From Paramoeba atlantica (lineage: Eukaryota; Protista; Discosea), in the NCBI GenBank assembly GCA_977017575.1, contig CDRNVI010000140.1, positions 310,001 to 374,000 on the forward strand: a stretch of DNA of 64,000 bases, given 5' to 3'. A program made the translations under genes and the position numbers. The number at the start of each line of letters is the position of its first letter. The stretch's first letter is position 1. A model generated the notes under the pieces. That model had not been told where the DNA came from and made no database searches. It was given only the letters and a program-made list of their open reading frames with translations. This document shows, in pieces, positions 13,161-25,541 of the stretch.

Positions 13161-16100
13161 CTATTTTCTGAGACGGAGTAATTTCTTTCTGATTCCCATC
13201 TTAAATCCTAACTTCTCCAAATCATCTTCCCCAATCTCTCCACTCTCTAATTGAGGGAGATCAATCCCTTCTTCAACAAGAAGATTATAAGTCGAGAGGA
13301 AGAGACTCTCTGGATGAATTGAGAGGCTTGCAAGAACGTTTCGGAGAGTCTCTAAAGGATCTTCTTCTTCTTCTTCTTTTGGGGCATCTTCTTTTTCTTC
13401 TTTCTTCAGAAGTGCTAGCGCTGCCAAAGGGGGTGGAGTTGGGAGAGAACCTTTACGGAGAGAAAAATCAATTTTTGGACTCACAAAAAAAAAACTAAAA
13501 AGTCAAAAACCTCTTCGAAGGGCTGGTCGAGGGAGTGGCCCTGAAAAAAAAAAGAAATGTTAGTTGGAATTCAGCAAACCTCTGTCGCAAATCCTTCTCC
13601 TCTCCACTGGAAAGAAAGATGAAAAAAAGCACCAACCTCGATTTCCTGAGAAATTGTGAGATTAAAAAGAATTCAAATGGATCAGCATAAAAGAAATGAA
13701 AAAGAAAAAATAAAATAAAATCACAACTATTAAAAAATAATAAAAACCAAAAACCTCTTCCTCTCCCTCTCCCCCTCAAAGAAACTCCTCTCTCTTTCAA
13801 AAATTGGGCTCCTCTCATTTCCCGTCTCGGCCTCCCTCTTCCACGGGAGCCAACACGAGAAGGAAGTGGGGTTGCAGTATGTTGTTTTACTTTTTCCTAT
13901 TTTTGTGGGTGAGGAAGAGAAGAAAAAGAAACAAAAAGGGAGTGTCAAAGAAAAAGAGAATAAAGATAACCTCATAAATCGGGACTAATTCTTCAAAACC
14001 AACTTGTGATAAGATTTCTTTTGGGTCTCTTCCATACTATCCAAAAAGTCAATCTTTGAAAGAGAAAGAGAAAAGAGAAAAGAGAAAAAGAAAGATAGAA
14101 GAAAAGAAAGAATCCTTGCCTTATCAAGAAGTTTAGGGTCAGCACCATATTGTAGAAGGAGTTTCATGACTTCAATGTGCCCACATTCTGCTGCCAAATG
14201 AAGAGCAGAACTCTCATTCTGTTAAAACAAACCTTTTAATATTCAAAATTTCCTTCTTATTAAATATTAAAATATGAAAGAAAACCAGCTCTTTCTCTTG
14301 AAGATCGGCATCTGCTTTCCCTTTTTGTAAGAGAAGTTTTACAAAATCATCAAGTCCCTTCATTGCCGCAACATGGAGAGGACTCACTCCATTCTAAAAA
14401 AAAAAACACTTGAGAGAAATGAAGAAAGAGGAAAAGAAAGAATCAAAAAGAAAGAAAACATGATCTTGAATATTCACATCAGCACCAGCAGAAAGAAGGA
14501 GCTCGCCAATAGCCACTTGGTTTTCTGTAGGGTGTAATGCTGTGACATGCAATGGTGACGCTACCGTCTGTGTGACGCTAATTAGCACATCTTTTTTTTG
14601 GTTCTCTTCTTTCTGTCTCTCTTTTATCTTTCTTTCTAGCAAATTATTACCTTGGCAAACGTATTAATCTCAACTTTAAATTGTGGATCTAATAGTACTT
14701 CAATGGTTTTGACGTGTCCATTTTGGGCAGCAAGATGTAGTGCGCACCACCCATCCTGAGATTGTGGTTGATTTGTATTTTCTCTCAAGAAAAAGAATAG
14801 AAAAAAGAGAACCTCTTCTTTCAAATTGATTGCTCCTGGTGTTTGTTTCAAAAGAAGAGAACAAATTTCTGCAAATCCACTTGCAGTGGCGAGATGCAGT
14901 GGTGTCCATTGGTTCTAAAGAGAGAGAAATGAGAGAAGGTGGTAAATAAAAGGGAAATGAAAGAAAACAAGAACATTTTCTGGAAGATCGGGTTGGGCTT
15001 TGTGAGCCAACAATAATTCAACAAGTTCCTTTTTCCCACTTTTGACAGCAAAATGGAGAGGAGACCATCCTTCCTGATGAAATTGGAAGGAGATCAAAGA
15101 GATGAAAAATAGAGTCAGATGAAGAAAAAAGATAAAAACCCTATCTTTTGCAGTAGGATCTGCGCCATGAGAAAGGAGAACTTTTGAAACTTCAACTTCT
15201 CCTTGTTTTGTTGCGATATGAAGTGGAGTTTTTTGGTTCTGCATAAACACAAGAAATTGAAACAAAAGAAAAGACAGGAAAAGACCAAAAAGATGATAAA
15301 AACCTTCTTTTTGAGATCCACTTCTGCTCCATTTGCAAGAAGAAATTCACAGACAACCGCATCTCCCTTTAGTGCAGCACCAGAGAGTGCAGTTGCTCCA
15401 TTCTAAAAAGAGAAGAAGTTGTTAAATAATTGTTTTTTCCTCTTTCCTCAATTTTTTTAGACCTTTCTTTGAAAATTGACTTCGGCTCCTTTGCTCAAAA
15501 GATGTTGAAGAATAGAGGTGTCTCTGTTTGCTTTAATGGCCGCGACAAACAGAGGTGTTGTCCCAACCTGTCAAAATAGTCATGTCAAAAAACCGCATCA
15601 TTTCTCCACAAACGATGCGTCACATTTAAAAGATTGTCAAACATTATCTTGGCGATTTGGATCTGCTCCAGAATTCAACAGATTTTCGACAATTTCTTGA
15701 TTTCCAATTTGTACTGCGAAATGAAGTGGAGTTGCTCCAGACTATTGTTAGTGTTCTTGTTATTTTCATTTTTTTGGAATAAGAACTCAAGAAAAACAAG
15801 AAAATAAATAAAAGATGGGAACCTCTGAAGAGACATGAACTGCTGCGCCCTTTTGAAGAAGAAACTTAACAAGTTCAATGTGTCCTTCTTGTGTTGCAAC
15901 CCCGAGCGGGGTCATTCCTTCCTGTTCAATCAAAAGAAACAAAATTAAATCCAACAAGAAATAACCTCCTTTTTTTCAAAAGAATTGCACTAATATTGCA
16001 ATTTTTAAAAAGAGTGATAATAATAAGAATAATAAGAATAATTATCATCTGCAAAAAAAAAATCTCGAAAAGAAAAAAATATTGACAAACTCGATCTTCC

Positions 16101-17268
16101 AAATGAACAGAAGAAGGATCAGAAAGAACCAATTCCTTCACTTCTTCCAAACTCCCACTCCTACAAGCAAAATGGACTTTTCCTCCTCCTTTTTCTCTCT
16201 CTTCATCTTCTCTCTCTTCTGGTTCGTAGATACTGAATTGAGATTTTCCAATTTCTTTTTCTTCTTTTAATAAAATCTGAAGAGAGAGTGAGGAAAAGAA
16301 GGAAATTAGAGATAAAAGAGATAAAAGAGATAAAGAGAAAAAGAGAAAGAAAGAAAAAGAGAAAAAGAAAGAAAGAAAGAAAGTAAACTCGAATTTCTGC
16401 AAGTCCTTGAATCATTTTCTCCAAAACTTTATAATTATCAACAATTCGAATCAATTGATGTTTTCTGAGCGCTGTTATTTCGTCTGATTCTGACTCAATT
16501 TCATCTAAAATATCGGTTTTTGAGAAAAGGGAATGAGAAAGAGAAGGGAAATGAGAAAGAGAATGAGAAAGAGAAAAAATTGTTTTCGGAAAAGAAAAGA
16601 AAGAAAGAAAGAAAGAGAAAGAGAGAGAAAATTGAGACCAAGTAATGACAAATGCATCGTAAATACATCTTGAAGTCCCAAACATCGATTCTCCAAATCT
16701 TTAAAAATCTTGGTGAGAAGAGAAGAGAGTGGAGGAGAGAAGAAGAGAAAGAAGAAAAGGAAGAAGAGAAGAGAGGAAGAAGAGAGAAAGAGAAAGAGAG
16801 AAAGAGAAGAGAACCATCAATTTCATCTGTTGAAAGAAAAGAAGACAAATGAGTAGAGGACCCTGGAATGACTCTCTTTTGAAGAGCAATTAATTCCCTG
16901 AAGAGAGAAAGAAAGAAAGAGAGAGAGAGAGAAGGTGAGAAGAGAGAAGGTGAGAAGAGAGAAAGTGAGAAGAGAGAGAAAGAAGGAAGGAAAGAAAACT
17001 TCAGCTGGCAACTTTGCTGCCTGTACTGAATGAGAGGAAAGAAGAGAGAGAAAAACCTTTGTAAAGCAACAGTTTGATTTCGAACTTCATCAATAGAAAC
17101 AGCAACTTGTTGAATCTTGAAAAGAGAAAGAAAGAGAAGAGAAGAAGAAAGAAGAGAAAAGAAAAAGAAAAGAGAAAAGAAAGAAAAAGAAATTGAGAAA
17201 GAAAAAAAAGAAAAAAAAAAAGAAAAAGAAAAGAGAGAAACTGCTTCTTCTTCTTTAGACTCTTCCAT
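13161..17268 (-). CDS. Ankyrin-repeat protein with C-terminal SAM domain, multi-exon
   Basis: Many ankyrin exons (TPLHIATKQGEVEVSKVLLSHGAD, WSPLHFAVKSGKKELVELLL, WCALHLAAQNGHVKTIEVLL, AAECGHIEVMKLLLQYGAD). SAM-like end LVEEGIDLPQLESGEIGEDDLEKLGFKMGIRKKLLRL*. Coiled N-terminus starts MEESKEEE. Confidence 0.85.
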
Positions 17269-17496
17269 TCTATCTCTCTTCCTTTTTCTCTTTCTCTTCT
17301 CTCTTTTTGAAAGAGAAAACAACAAAGTTTTGCCACGTCACGAAAAATTTTTTTTGTATTTTTCACTCATTTTTTTTCGCACATTTTTTAATTCATTTTT
17401 GCTTTTTGTTGGAAGAGAAAGAAGAGAGAAAAGAAAGAAGAGAGAAGAGAAGGAAGAAGAGAGAAAAGAAAGAAGAGAGAAGAGAAGAGAATAGAG

Positions 17497-17867
17497 ATGG
17501 CAGATGAGATTGTTGGGTTTGAGGATCGATGTGTGGGGTGTCTTCTCTCTTGTATGTTTGGTGATGCTCTTGGTGCTCCTGTTGAGGTTTTATTAATAAG
17601 AGAGAGAAAGTTGAAAGTTGAAAGAAAGAGAAAGGGAAGAGAGAAAGAGGAAAAAAGAATGTTTGAAAAAGAAAAGGAAATTGATAAGAAAAGTTTCCAT
17701 TTTTTTCTCTTTATTTTCTTCTTTATTTATTTCCTTTTTCTTTAAAAAAAAAAAGGGATTAAGAAAAGAAGATATCAAAAAAACATTTGGAAGAGTCACC
17801 CATTTTCTTCATGGTCCTCACATGGGTGTTATGAAACTCAGCGATGATCGTTATTGTTGTTATACTG
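17497..17867 (+). CDS. ADP-ribosylglycohydrolase (ARH3/DraG family), first two exons only; 3' part missing
   Basis: Exon 1 17497-17586 MADEIVGFEDRCVGCLLSCMFGDALGAPVE (family motif GDALG..VE). Exon 2 17756-17867 ends ...RYCCYT-G just before the expected TDDT motif. No continuation was found downstream. Confidence 0.78.
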
Positions 17868-18710
17868 GTTTCTCTCTCTCTCTTTCTCTCTTCTTTCTCT
17901 CTCTCTCTCTCTCTCTCTTCTCTTTCTCTTTCTCTCTCTCTCTTCTCTTCTCTCTCTTTCTCTGAGTCACCCAATTTCTTCATGGTCCTCACATGGGTGT
18001 TATGAAACTCAGTGATGATCGTTATTGTCGTTATACTGGTTTCTCTTCTCTCTTCTCTCTTTCTTCTCTCTTTCTTCTCTCTTTCTTCTCTTCTCTTCTC
18101 TTCTCTTCTCTCTCTTTCTCTATCTCTTTGTCACCCAATTTCTTCATGGTCCTCACATGGGTGTTATGAAACTCAGTGATGATCGTTATTGTTGTTATAC
18201 TGGTTTCTCTTTCTCTCTTCTCTCTTTCTTCTCTTCTCTTCTCTTCTCTCTCTTTCTCTATCTCTTTGTCACCCAATTTCTTCATGGTCCTCACATGGGT
18301 GTTATGAAACTCAGTGATGATCGTTATTGTCGTTATACTGGTTTCTCTTCTCTCTTTCTCTTTCTCTTTCTCTTTCTCTTTCTCTTTCTCTTTCTCTTTC
18401 TCTTTCTCTTCTCTTCTCTTCTCTTCTCTTCTCTTTTCTCTCTCTTTCTCTATCTCTTTGTCACCCAATTTCTTCATGGTCCTCACATGGGTGTTATGAA
18501 ACTCAGTGATGATCGTTATTGTTGTTATACTGGTTTCTCTTCTCTCTTCTCTCTTTCTCTTTCTCTTTCTCTTTCTCTTTCTCTTTCTCTTCTCTTCTCT
18601 TCTCTTCTCTTCTCTTTTCTCTCTCTTTCTCTATCTCTTTGTCACCCAATTTCTTCATGGTCCTCACATGGGTGTTATGAAACTCAGTGATGATCGTTAT
18701 TGTCGTTATG
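17793..18710 (+). repeat. Tandem array A: 6 copies of the ~75-bp exon 3' end, each but the last followed by a GTTTC donor and a CT microsatellite spacer
   Basis: Unit tcacccaatttcttcatggtcctcacatgggtgttatgaaactcagtgatgatcgttattgt(t/c)gttat at ~17795, 17965, 18130, 18268, 18460 and 18641. Confidence 0.95.
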
Positions 18711-19497
18711 ATAATGAGACGGTTTTATAATATCAGAAAAATATAATAAATAATATAAAATAAATAAATAATAAATAATAACAAATAAATAAATAAACAA
18801 ATAAACAAATAAACAAATAAATAAACAAAACAAAACAAAACAAATTTAAAAAATCAAAAACCTCCAAATGCCAAAAGCGAGTCTTAGAAGTAGAATGAGC
18901 AAAAATATGATAATGAGACGGTTTTATAATATCAGAAAAAAAATAATAAATAATATAAAATAAATAAATAATAAATAAATAAATAATAAAGAAATAAATA
19001 ATAAAGAAATAAATAAACAAAGAAATAAACAAATAAACAAAACAAAACAAATTAAAAAAACGACCTCCAAATGCCAAAAACGAGTCTTAGAAGTAGAATG
19101 AGCAAAAATATGATAATGAGACGGTTTTATAATATCAGAAAATATAAATAATAAATAAATAAATAAATAAAATAAATAAATAAAGAATAATAAATCACAA
19201 TAAATAAACAAAACAAAACAAATTTAAAAAAATATTAAAAAACTACCTCCAAATGCCAAAAACGAGTCTTAGAAGTAGAATGAGCAAAAATATGATAATG
19301 AGACGGTTTTATAATATCAGAAAAAAAAATAATAAATAATATAAAATAAATAATTAATTAATCAATAAATAAATAAGTAAATAAATAAAGAAACAAAACA
19401 AATTAAAATTAAAATTAAAAACCTCCAAATGCCAAAAGCGAGTCTTAGAAGTAGAATGAGCAAAAATATGATAATGAGATGGTTTTATAATATCAGG
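18708..19497 (-). repeat. Tandem array B: 4 full + 1 partial copies of a ~76-bp exon 3' end + donor, AAAT microsatellite spacers
   Basis: Unit cctccaaatgccaaaa(g/a)cgagtcttagaagtagaatgagcaaaaatatgataatgagacggttttataatatcag at ~18861, 19063, 19246 and 19422. Partial copy at 18708-18736. Confidence 0.95.
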
Positions 19498-19740
19498 TCT
19501 TGTACTAACAACCACATACATAAAAAAATATGAGAGTGATATTATTGTTTGTGTTCCGTTTACGAACATTAGTGCCACTCTGTTTTTTTTTGTTTTGTTT
19601 TGTTTTTTTTGTTTTTGTTTTTTTGTTTTTTTGTTTTTGTTTTTGTTTTTGTTTTTTTTGTTTTTTTTGGTTGTGTTTGTGAGAAAGAATGATGAATATT
19701 TTAAAGAAACAAAATGAAAAAGAAAGAAAAAGAAAAGAAA

Positions 19741-19772
<32 letters not shown>

Positions 19773-21537
19773 AGAAAAGAGAGAGAACGAAGGAAAAGGA
19801 GCTTCTCCAAAAACACTAATCATAGAAGATTTACACCCAAACGCCATTGTTGGTACAACAGAAAGTCCCAACGACGCACTCAAAACAACTCCTTTTTTTT
19901 TAAAAAAGAAAAAGAAAATTTTTTTTTCAGATTAAAAAATAATTTAAAAAATAACTTGATTCTCTCTTCTCTCTCTTTCCTCCTCTCTCTCCTTCCTCTT
20001 CTCTCTCTTTCTTCTTCTCTCTCTCTCTCCTCTTCTCTCTTTCCTCTTCTGAAAAATACCTCCCCTCTCTTCTCCCCACCCCTCTCTTCTCTCTATTTCC
20101 TCCTCTCTCTTTCCTCTTCTCTCTCTTTCTTCTTCTCTCTCTCTCTTCTTCTCTCTCTCTCTCAAAAAACCTGATGTAACTTTAAAAATACAACTAAAAC
20201 AACGATCATGAAGAGTCCAAAAAACAGCCAAAGCGACAAAACACCAAAGATATCCTACTATTTCTGGTAGTTTGTCACTCAGAATGGCCCAGAGTTGTTT
20301 TGAATGGAGAACCTGGAAAGAGAGAGAAGAGGAGAGAGAGAGGAGAGAGAGGGAGGAGAGAGAGAGAGGAGAGAGAGGAGAGGGAGGAGAGGGAGGAGAG
20401 AGGAGAGGGAGGGAGAGAGAGAGGGAGAGGGGGGAGAGAGGGAGAGAGAGGAGAGGAGGAGAGAAGAAAGAGAGGGAAGAATGAAGAAAGAGAAGAATGA
20501 AGAGAGAGAGAAAGAAAGAGCAAAGAATGGAGGAGGGAAAAGAAGAGAAAAGAAGTAGAGGTGAGACGAAAAAAGAAAAGAGAAGAAAGAAAGAAAGAAA
20601 ACTCACTTCTGATGTCTCAAAATCGGAGAGTTGGAGGTCCGCGACAATTAAAGTAGCACTGTCAAAAGAAAATCAATACAAATAAAAGGAAAAGAGGGAA
20701 GAAAGAGAAAAGAAGCAAAAGAGAGAAAAAGAAAAGAAAAAGAAAAAGAAAAAGAAAAAAGAAAGAAAAGAAAGAAAAGAAAAAAAGAACCTAAAAGCAT
20801 AAATCGCATCAGTCAAAATAATGTATCTTTCTCGATGGACCATCCCTCCTGCTGCTCTAAAAAAGAGAAAGAAAAAAAAATCAATTCATTTTTTGTCAAA
20901 AAAATGTATTTTTAAAAAAAGGAATAAATTTTGTAAAAATGAAAAAAATTTAAAAAAAAATTTCATAGTTGAATAAAATAAAGAATCAAATTTAATGAAA
21001 ATTCAGTTAAATGAAATCAAATTAAATATTTTATTCATTAAATAATTCAAATTAAAACAAAAAAAAATCCATTTCCAAAACCTGCCAAAATGATCCAACT
21101 TTTTTCGAAAGTGTTTCTTTCTTTTCGTCTTCTTATCTTCTTCTTGTAAAATTGGTTCAGTTTCTGTCGGTTCTGTAGATTCATTTTCATTTTCTTTTTT
21201 CTCTTTTAAACTGCAAAATTTGATTATTTTAATTTTAATTCTTCAATTTTAAATTTTTTTTTATCATCATATTATTTATGTTGTTTAAATTAAATAGAAA
21301 TTTGACATTAAAATTAATATTGATTGGAATAAATAATAAAGAGAAAAGAAAAAGAAAAAAGAAACTGATCAAGAATTGGAAAAAAGAAACAAAATATTCG
21401 AATCAAAAGATATTGAATCAAAAGAATTCCAAGTTGAGGAAAATAGAAAAGAAAAGTCAATCCAATTGTAATAAGGATTGCGAGAATGAAACATCCTATT
21501 TGTATTAAATCAGTTTTTCTTTTCTTGAGAAAGAGAA

Positions 21538-21584
<47 letters not shown>

Positions 21585-23595
21585 GAGAAAAGAGGATATT
21601 GAATTTGATAAACAATAAAAATAATATTTTCTTTCATTTCTTTCCTCTTTTTCCTTTCAATTTTCAAAAATCAATAAAAAAAGAAAAAGAAAACAAACCA
21701 ATTCGAAAAGCGAGATATCTCCACTCGGGGTAAGAGATTTTCTTCCACATCAAATGGTCTCTAAAAAAGAAAAGAAAAAGAAAAGAAAAAAGAGGGAAAG
21801 GAAAGAGAGGAAGAAGAGGAAGAAGAGGAAGAAGAGAAAAAGGGAGAAAAAGGAAATTAAAAAAATCAAAAAAAAGAGATCATAAATAATCATAAATAAA
21901 CAAAAGAAAAATAAAATCAAATTTAAAAGAAATAATAAAAAGAAATAAAAATAAAAATAAAAATAAAAATAAAAATAAAAATAAAAATAAAAAAAATAAA
22001 ATAAAAATAAAATAAAAAAACCTTTTCCGCCAAGCTTGAATCCAAATACAAAAAATCATCACAGCCAAAAACAAAAATACACTCAAATCAATCTCAGTTG
22101 GATAAACCTATTTTGTTTTTTTTTATTTCAATCTTTTTTAAAAAAGAAACAATTTAAAATATAAATAATAATAATAAAAAAAGAAAGATCTTAAAATACA
22201 TTTTGTTTTATTTTCAATAATTTAGACAATTTTTCTAAATCGACTTTTAAAAATAAAAATAAATTCGAAAAGAGAAGAAAAAGAAAAACCTCTCCAATTT
22301 CAGATCCCAACTGAGAAAGAGAAACAGTAAAAGGAATTAAACCAATCGCCAACAACGATAATAATGTCAATACCAATATTGTAATATCATATCCCTTTGG
22401 AAAAGAAAGAGAAGAAAGAGAGAAAGAGAAAGAAATGAAAAGAAGAAGAGAAAGGAGAAGAGATTAATAAAATGATTAATTATTTATTTAAAAATTATTA
22501 TTTGTGTTTTTATTTTATAATCTTATTTTATTCCTCAAATTATTTCTTCGAGCAAAAAAGACTTTTGTTTAAATTTAAAAATAAAAAGATAAAGATAAAG
22601 AAAAAGATAAAGAAAAAGAAAAAGAAAAAGAAACCTTTAAAAAATAAAGAACATTAGAATGGGCAATATAAACAACCAAAATCATCAAAAAGCTGGTCCA
22701 TGCTCTCAACCATTTCATCGTAAACAATCCAACATTTCCTTTTGTTTTATATTATTATTTTTTTCTCCATTTCCTTTTGTTTTATATTGTTATTTTTTTT
22801 CTCCTTTTCCTTTTGTTTAAAATTTTTTATTTTTTTTTTTAATGAAAAAACAAATATTGATTTGGATGTGATTTTTTTGATGATTTTTTGGTTGGGATTT
22901 GGATTTGTGATTTTCTTTCTTTTTTGTATCTGATGATTATTTTCATTGTTATGATATTATTATTGTTATTCTTGTTATAAAAATGATTTTTATTTTTTAT
23001 TATTATTATTGAATAATATAAAAATTTAATATTCTCCATTATGATCCTGAACATTCTTGTTAAATAATCTTCATTTCAAATTAAAAATAAAAAGAAAACC
23101 TTTACTCTCCAAATCCACCTCAGGTTCCCCCTAAAAAAAGAAAAAATTAGAATTCCTCTTCTCTCTTTCTTTTCTCTTCTTCTCTTTCCTTTCTTTAATA
23201 AAAGAAGAAACAGAAAACATTACTTCATCCTCAAGAAGAGACATCAAAGGAAGATAAAGGAGAGTGGCAACAACTCCAACATATGCATCACAAAAGAGAG
23301 CAAGTCGACTTGGTTCAACTTCATGTTCCACAGCTTTCTATAATTTATAAAAAAAATTAAAAAAGAGAAGAGAAAGAAAAGAAAGAAAAGGGAAAGAAAA
23401 AGAAAGAAGGAAGGAAGAAAAGAAGAGAAAGAGAGAGAGGGAAAAAGAGAGAGAAAAGAGAAAAGATTCAAAGAATAATAATAAAAAACAAACAGCAGGT
23501 TTTCGAAAAGTTTTGCCCCAAAAGAAAAGAAGAGAATCGAGACTTGGAGGCGTTACCATCTCTTCTACTTCTCCTCCATCCGCCCAAGTTACCAT
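19423..23595 (-). CDS. TMEM175-like two-repeat K+/H+ channel, many exons, 3' end missing
   Basis: Repeat-1 signature SRLALFCDAYVGVVATLL (~23270-23320). Repeat-2 signature RERYIILTDAIYAF (~20800-20835). WAILSDKLPEIVGYLWCFVALAVFWTLHDRCF matches the TM2 ..W..H pattern. The last identifiable exon ends ...KTRFWHLE| and is followed by array B. Confidence 0.78.
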
Positions 23596-24110
23596 GATTT
23601 TCTTCTTTTCTTTTTGTCAAAGAAAAGAGGATTTCTTTTTTGTCTTTTTCAGGAAAAGAAAGATTTCAGAAAACAATTTTCTTTTCTTTGGTTTTCTTTT
23701 CTTGAAGAGAACTCTTCTCCAAACGACAAAATAAAAAAAAAAAGTCAATTTCAAGTCCCGAAAAGTCAAAAATCGAGATTTCAGATGCTTGGTTTTCTCT
23801 TTTTTTGCACTTTTTCTTTCTCCTTTTCTTCGCCAGGTTCTCAGAATGAACAAGAAGAAAATGAAGAAATGAAGAAATGAAAAAACGGTCTCCTTTCAGA
23901 AAACGCGGCTTCGCTTTTTCTGAATTAAGGTCGAAAAAGCAAAGAATTTTCTTTTTTGGGAGAGAAAAGTGAAAAATCGTTTTTTGGGAATGACTTTTTG
24001 TTTTTGTTTGCGACAAGTCAAACCGCAGAACGACAATCAGAAAAAAGAAAGAATTTTCTCAGAATCTCCGATCAAAAACAAAATGACACTCTTTATTCTC
24101 CTCTCTCTTC

Positions 24111-25189
24111 TTACAGATGCAGTTCCCTTTCTGAAGGCAAGAAGAGACACATCGCTCTCTTCTTTCGGCGGCGATTGGGTTGGGTTTTGGGGCGGGGAGG
24201 TTGTTGATCATCTTCAAATCTTTGCTTTTGCTTCTTCTTTTTCGAAGCAGCCCTTCCTTTCGTTTCTGATTCCTTCTTCAAGATGATTTCGGGCAATTTC
24301 GTTGCCTGGCCCCAGACACCCATTGTTGGTTTCGTTAATTTTTTCTCGTTTCCAAAATTCTCCAGAGAGCTGTGAACTGTTTGAAAAAGGTAAGTAAGGA
24401 AGAACTTTGAATTTACAAAAGAAACTCTCATGAACCTTTGTAAACACCAGTTTCTTGAAGTTGCTCGCAAATCACGGGAATGGGAAAAATCTTTTCTAAA
24501 AAGTCAAGGAGGAAATTCTGATGAAAAACCATCGCTTTTCCATTCCAGATATACAAAGAAGCTTCGCTGTGGAAAATGAGAGAAAACAGTAAGAATACAA
24601 CAGGCTTTTTTCACCAAAAACTAAGAAAAGAGAGAGAGAGTTACTTTTTTCTCATCCCAATGGAGACTCCACAAAGGTGATCACCAAATTCTGAGAAAAA
24701 CTGATCAAGTTGGCCACTAACAGCAGCAAGACACAAGTACAACCAAACGGTATTCGTCAAAGCAATTGGAAATTTTGCTGTAAAATTTCCCCCTTCAACA
24801 TTTCGAGCATCTTCCCTGAGAGTTTCAGAATCAATAAATTGGAAACCAAAGAAAGAAGAGAAAGAAGAAAAAAAAAACACAAACCAAGTTGGTCGAATGT
24901 TGTCCTTCATCAAGTGGTAAGTACATGTTGGATCCAATTCTCGAGCGGAAGGGAGATTGTTGAACCAGCTCCAAAAATCATGAATGGAAGAGAGCTGACA
25001 AATCTGTTTGAGAGCGTCGTTGTACTGTTGGGCAGTGCAACCTCTTCCAATATATCGATCAAACCATAATGTCCAATCATTTGGGAGGGATTCCCTCGCA
25101 GGGTCCCTTTGTAATCTTAACAAGTCGCAACTTTTGTTGTTCTTGGTGGGGGGTGAAGTAATTTTGTCCTCGGCTTTTGCCATATTCAT
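24111..25189 (-). CDS. Eukaryotic translation initiation factor 4E family protein
   Basis: LPNDWTLWFD, DFWSWFNNL, YHLMKDNIRPTWED, WLYLCLAAVSG, GVSIGMR, SLYIWNG. Three introns fit in phase. Start codon uncertain. Confidence 0.88.
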
Positions 25190-25541
25190 AAAGATATTTG
25201 TTTCGAATTAATGATAGTTGAAAGCTTTTGTGCATAATCTGCAGTTTGCCAAAATAAAAAAGCAAAAAAAGAAAAGAAAGAAAAGAGGCGAAGACAACAC
25301 CCCTTCTCTTCAATCGCCGAAGCAATAAAACTTTACCGATTCTCAGATAATGAAAACCATTTCGATCATTTGGCGAATTGTCGACGTGTTCATCAATCCG
25401 ACTTTTCAAACCCATCCAAAACCTCCGATTGACTTTTCAGAGGGTATTTTTTTTCTCTCTCATTTTGGTTTTTGGGGGATTTTTCTTCTTTTTTTATTAT
25501 TTTAAATAGTCTTATCATTTTTTTTGGATGGAAAAGGTGGA

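Noticed and set aside
17793-19497. CRISPR-like appearance of conserved repeats with variable spacers
   Set aside because: Repeats are ~75 bp copies of host exon ends, spacers are simple microsatellites, there are no cas genes, and the context is eukaryotic.
20750-23100. Many short F/I/K-rich ORFs in the very AT-rich stretch
   Set aside because: They are intronic microsatellites of the TMEM175-like gene. Only the small GT-AG-bounded exons are credible.
25077-25415. Upstream ORF MGLKSRIDEHV... as the eIF4E N-terminus
   Set aside because: I could not find a GT-AG splice that brings it into the eIF4E frame. Left out as unresolved.
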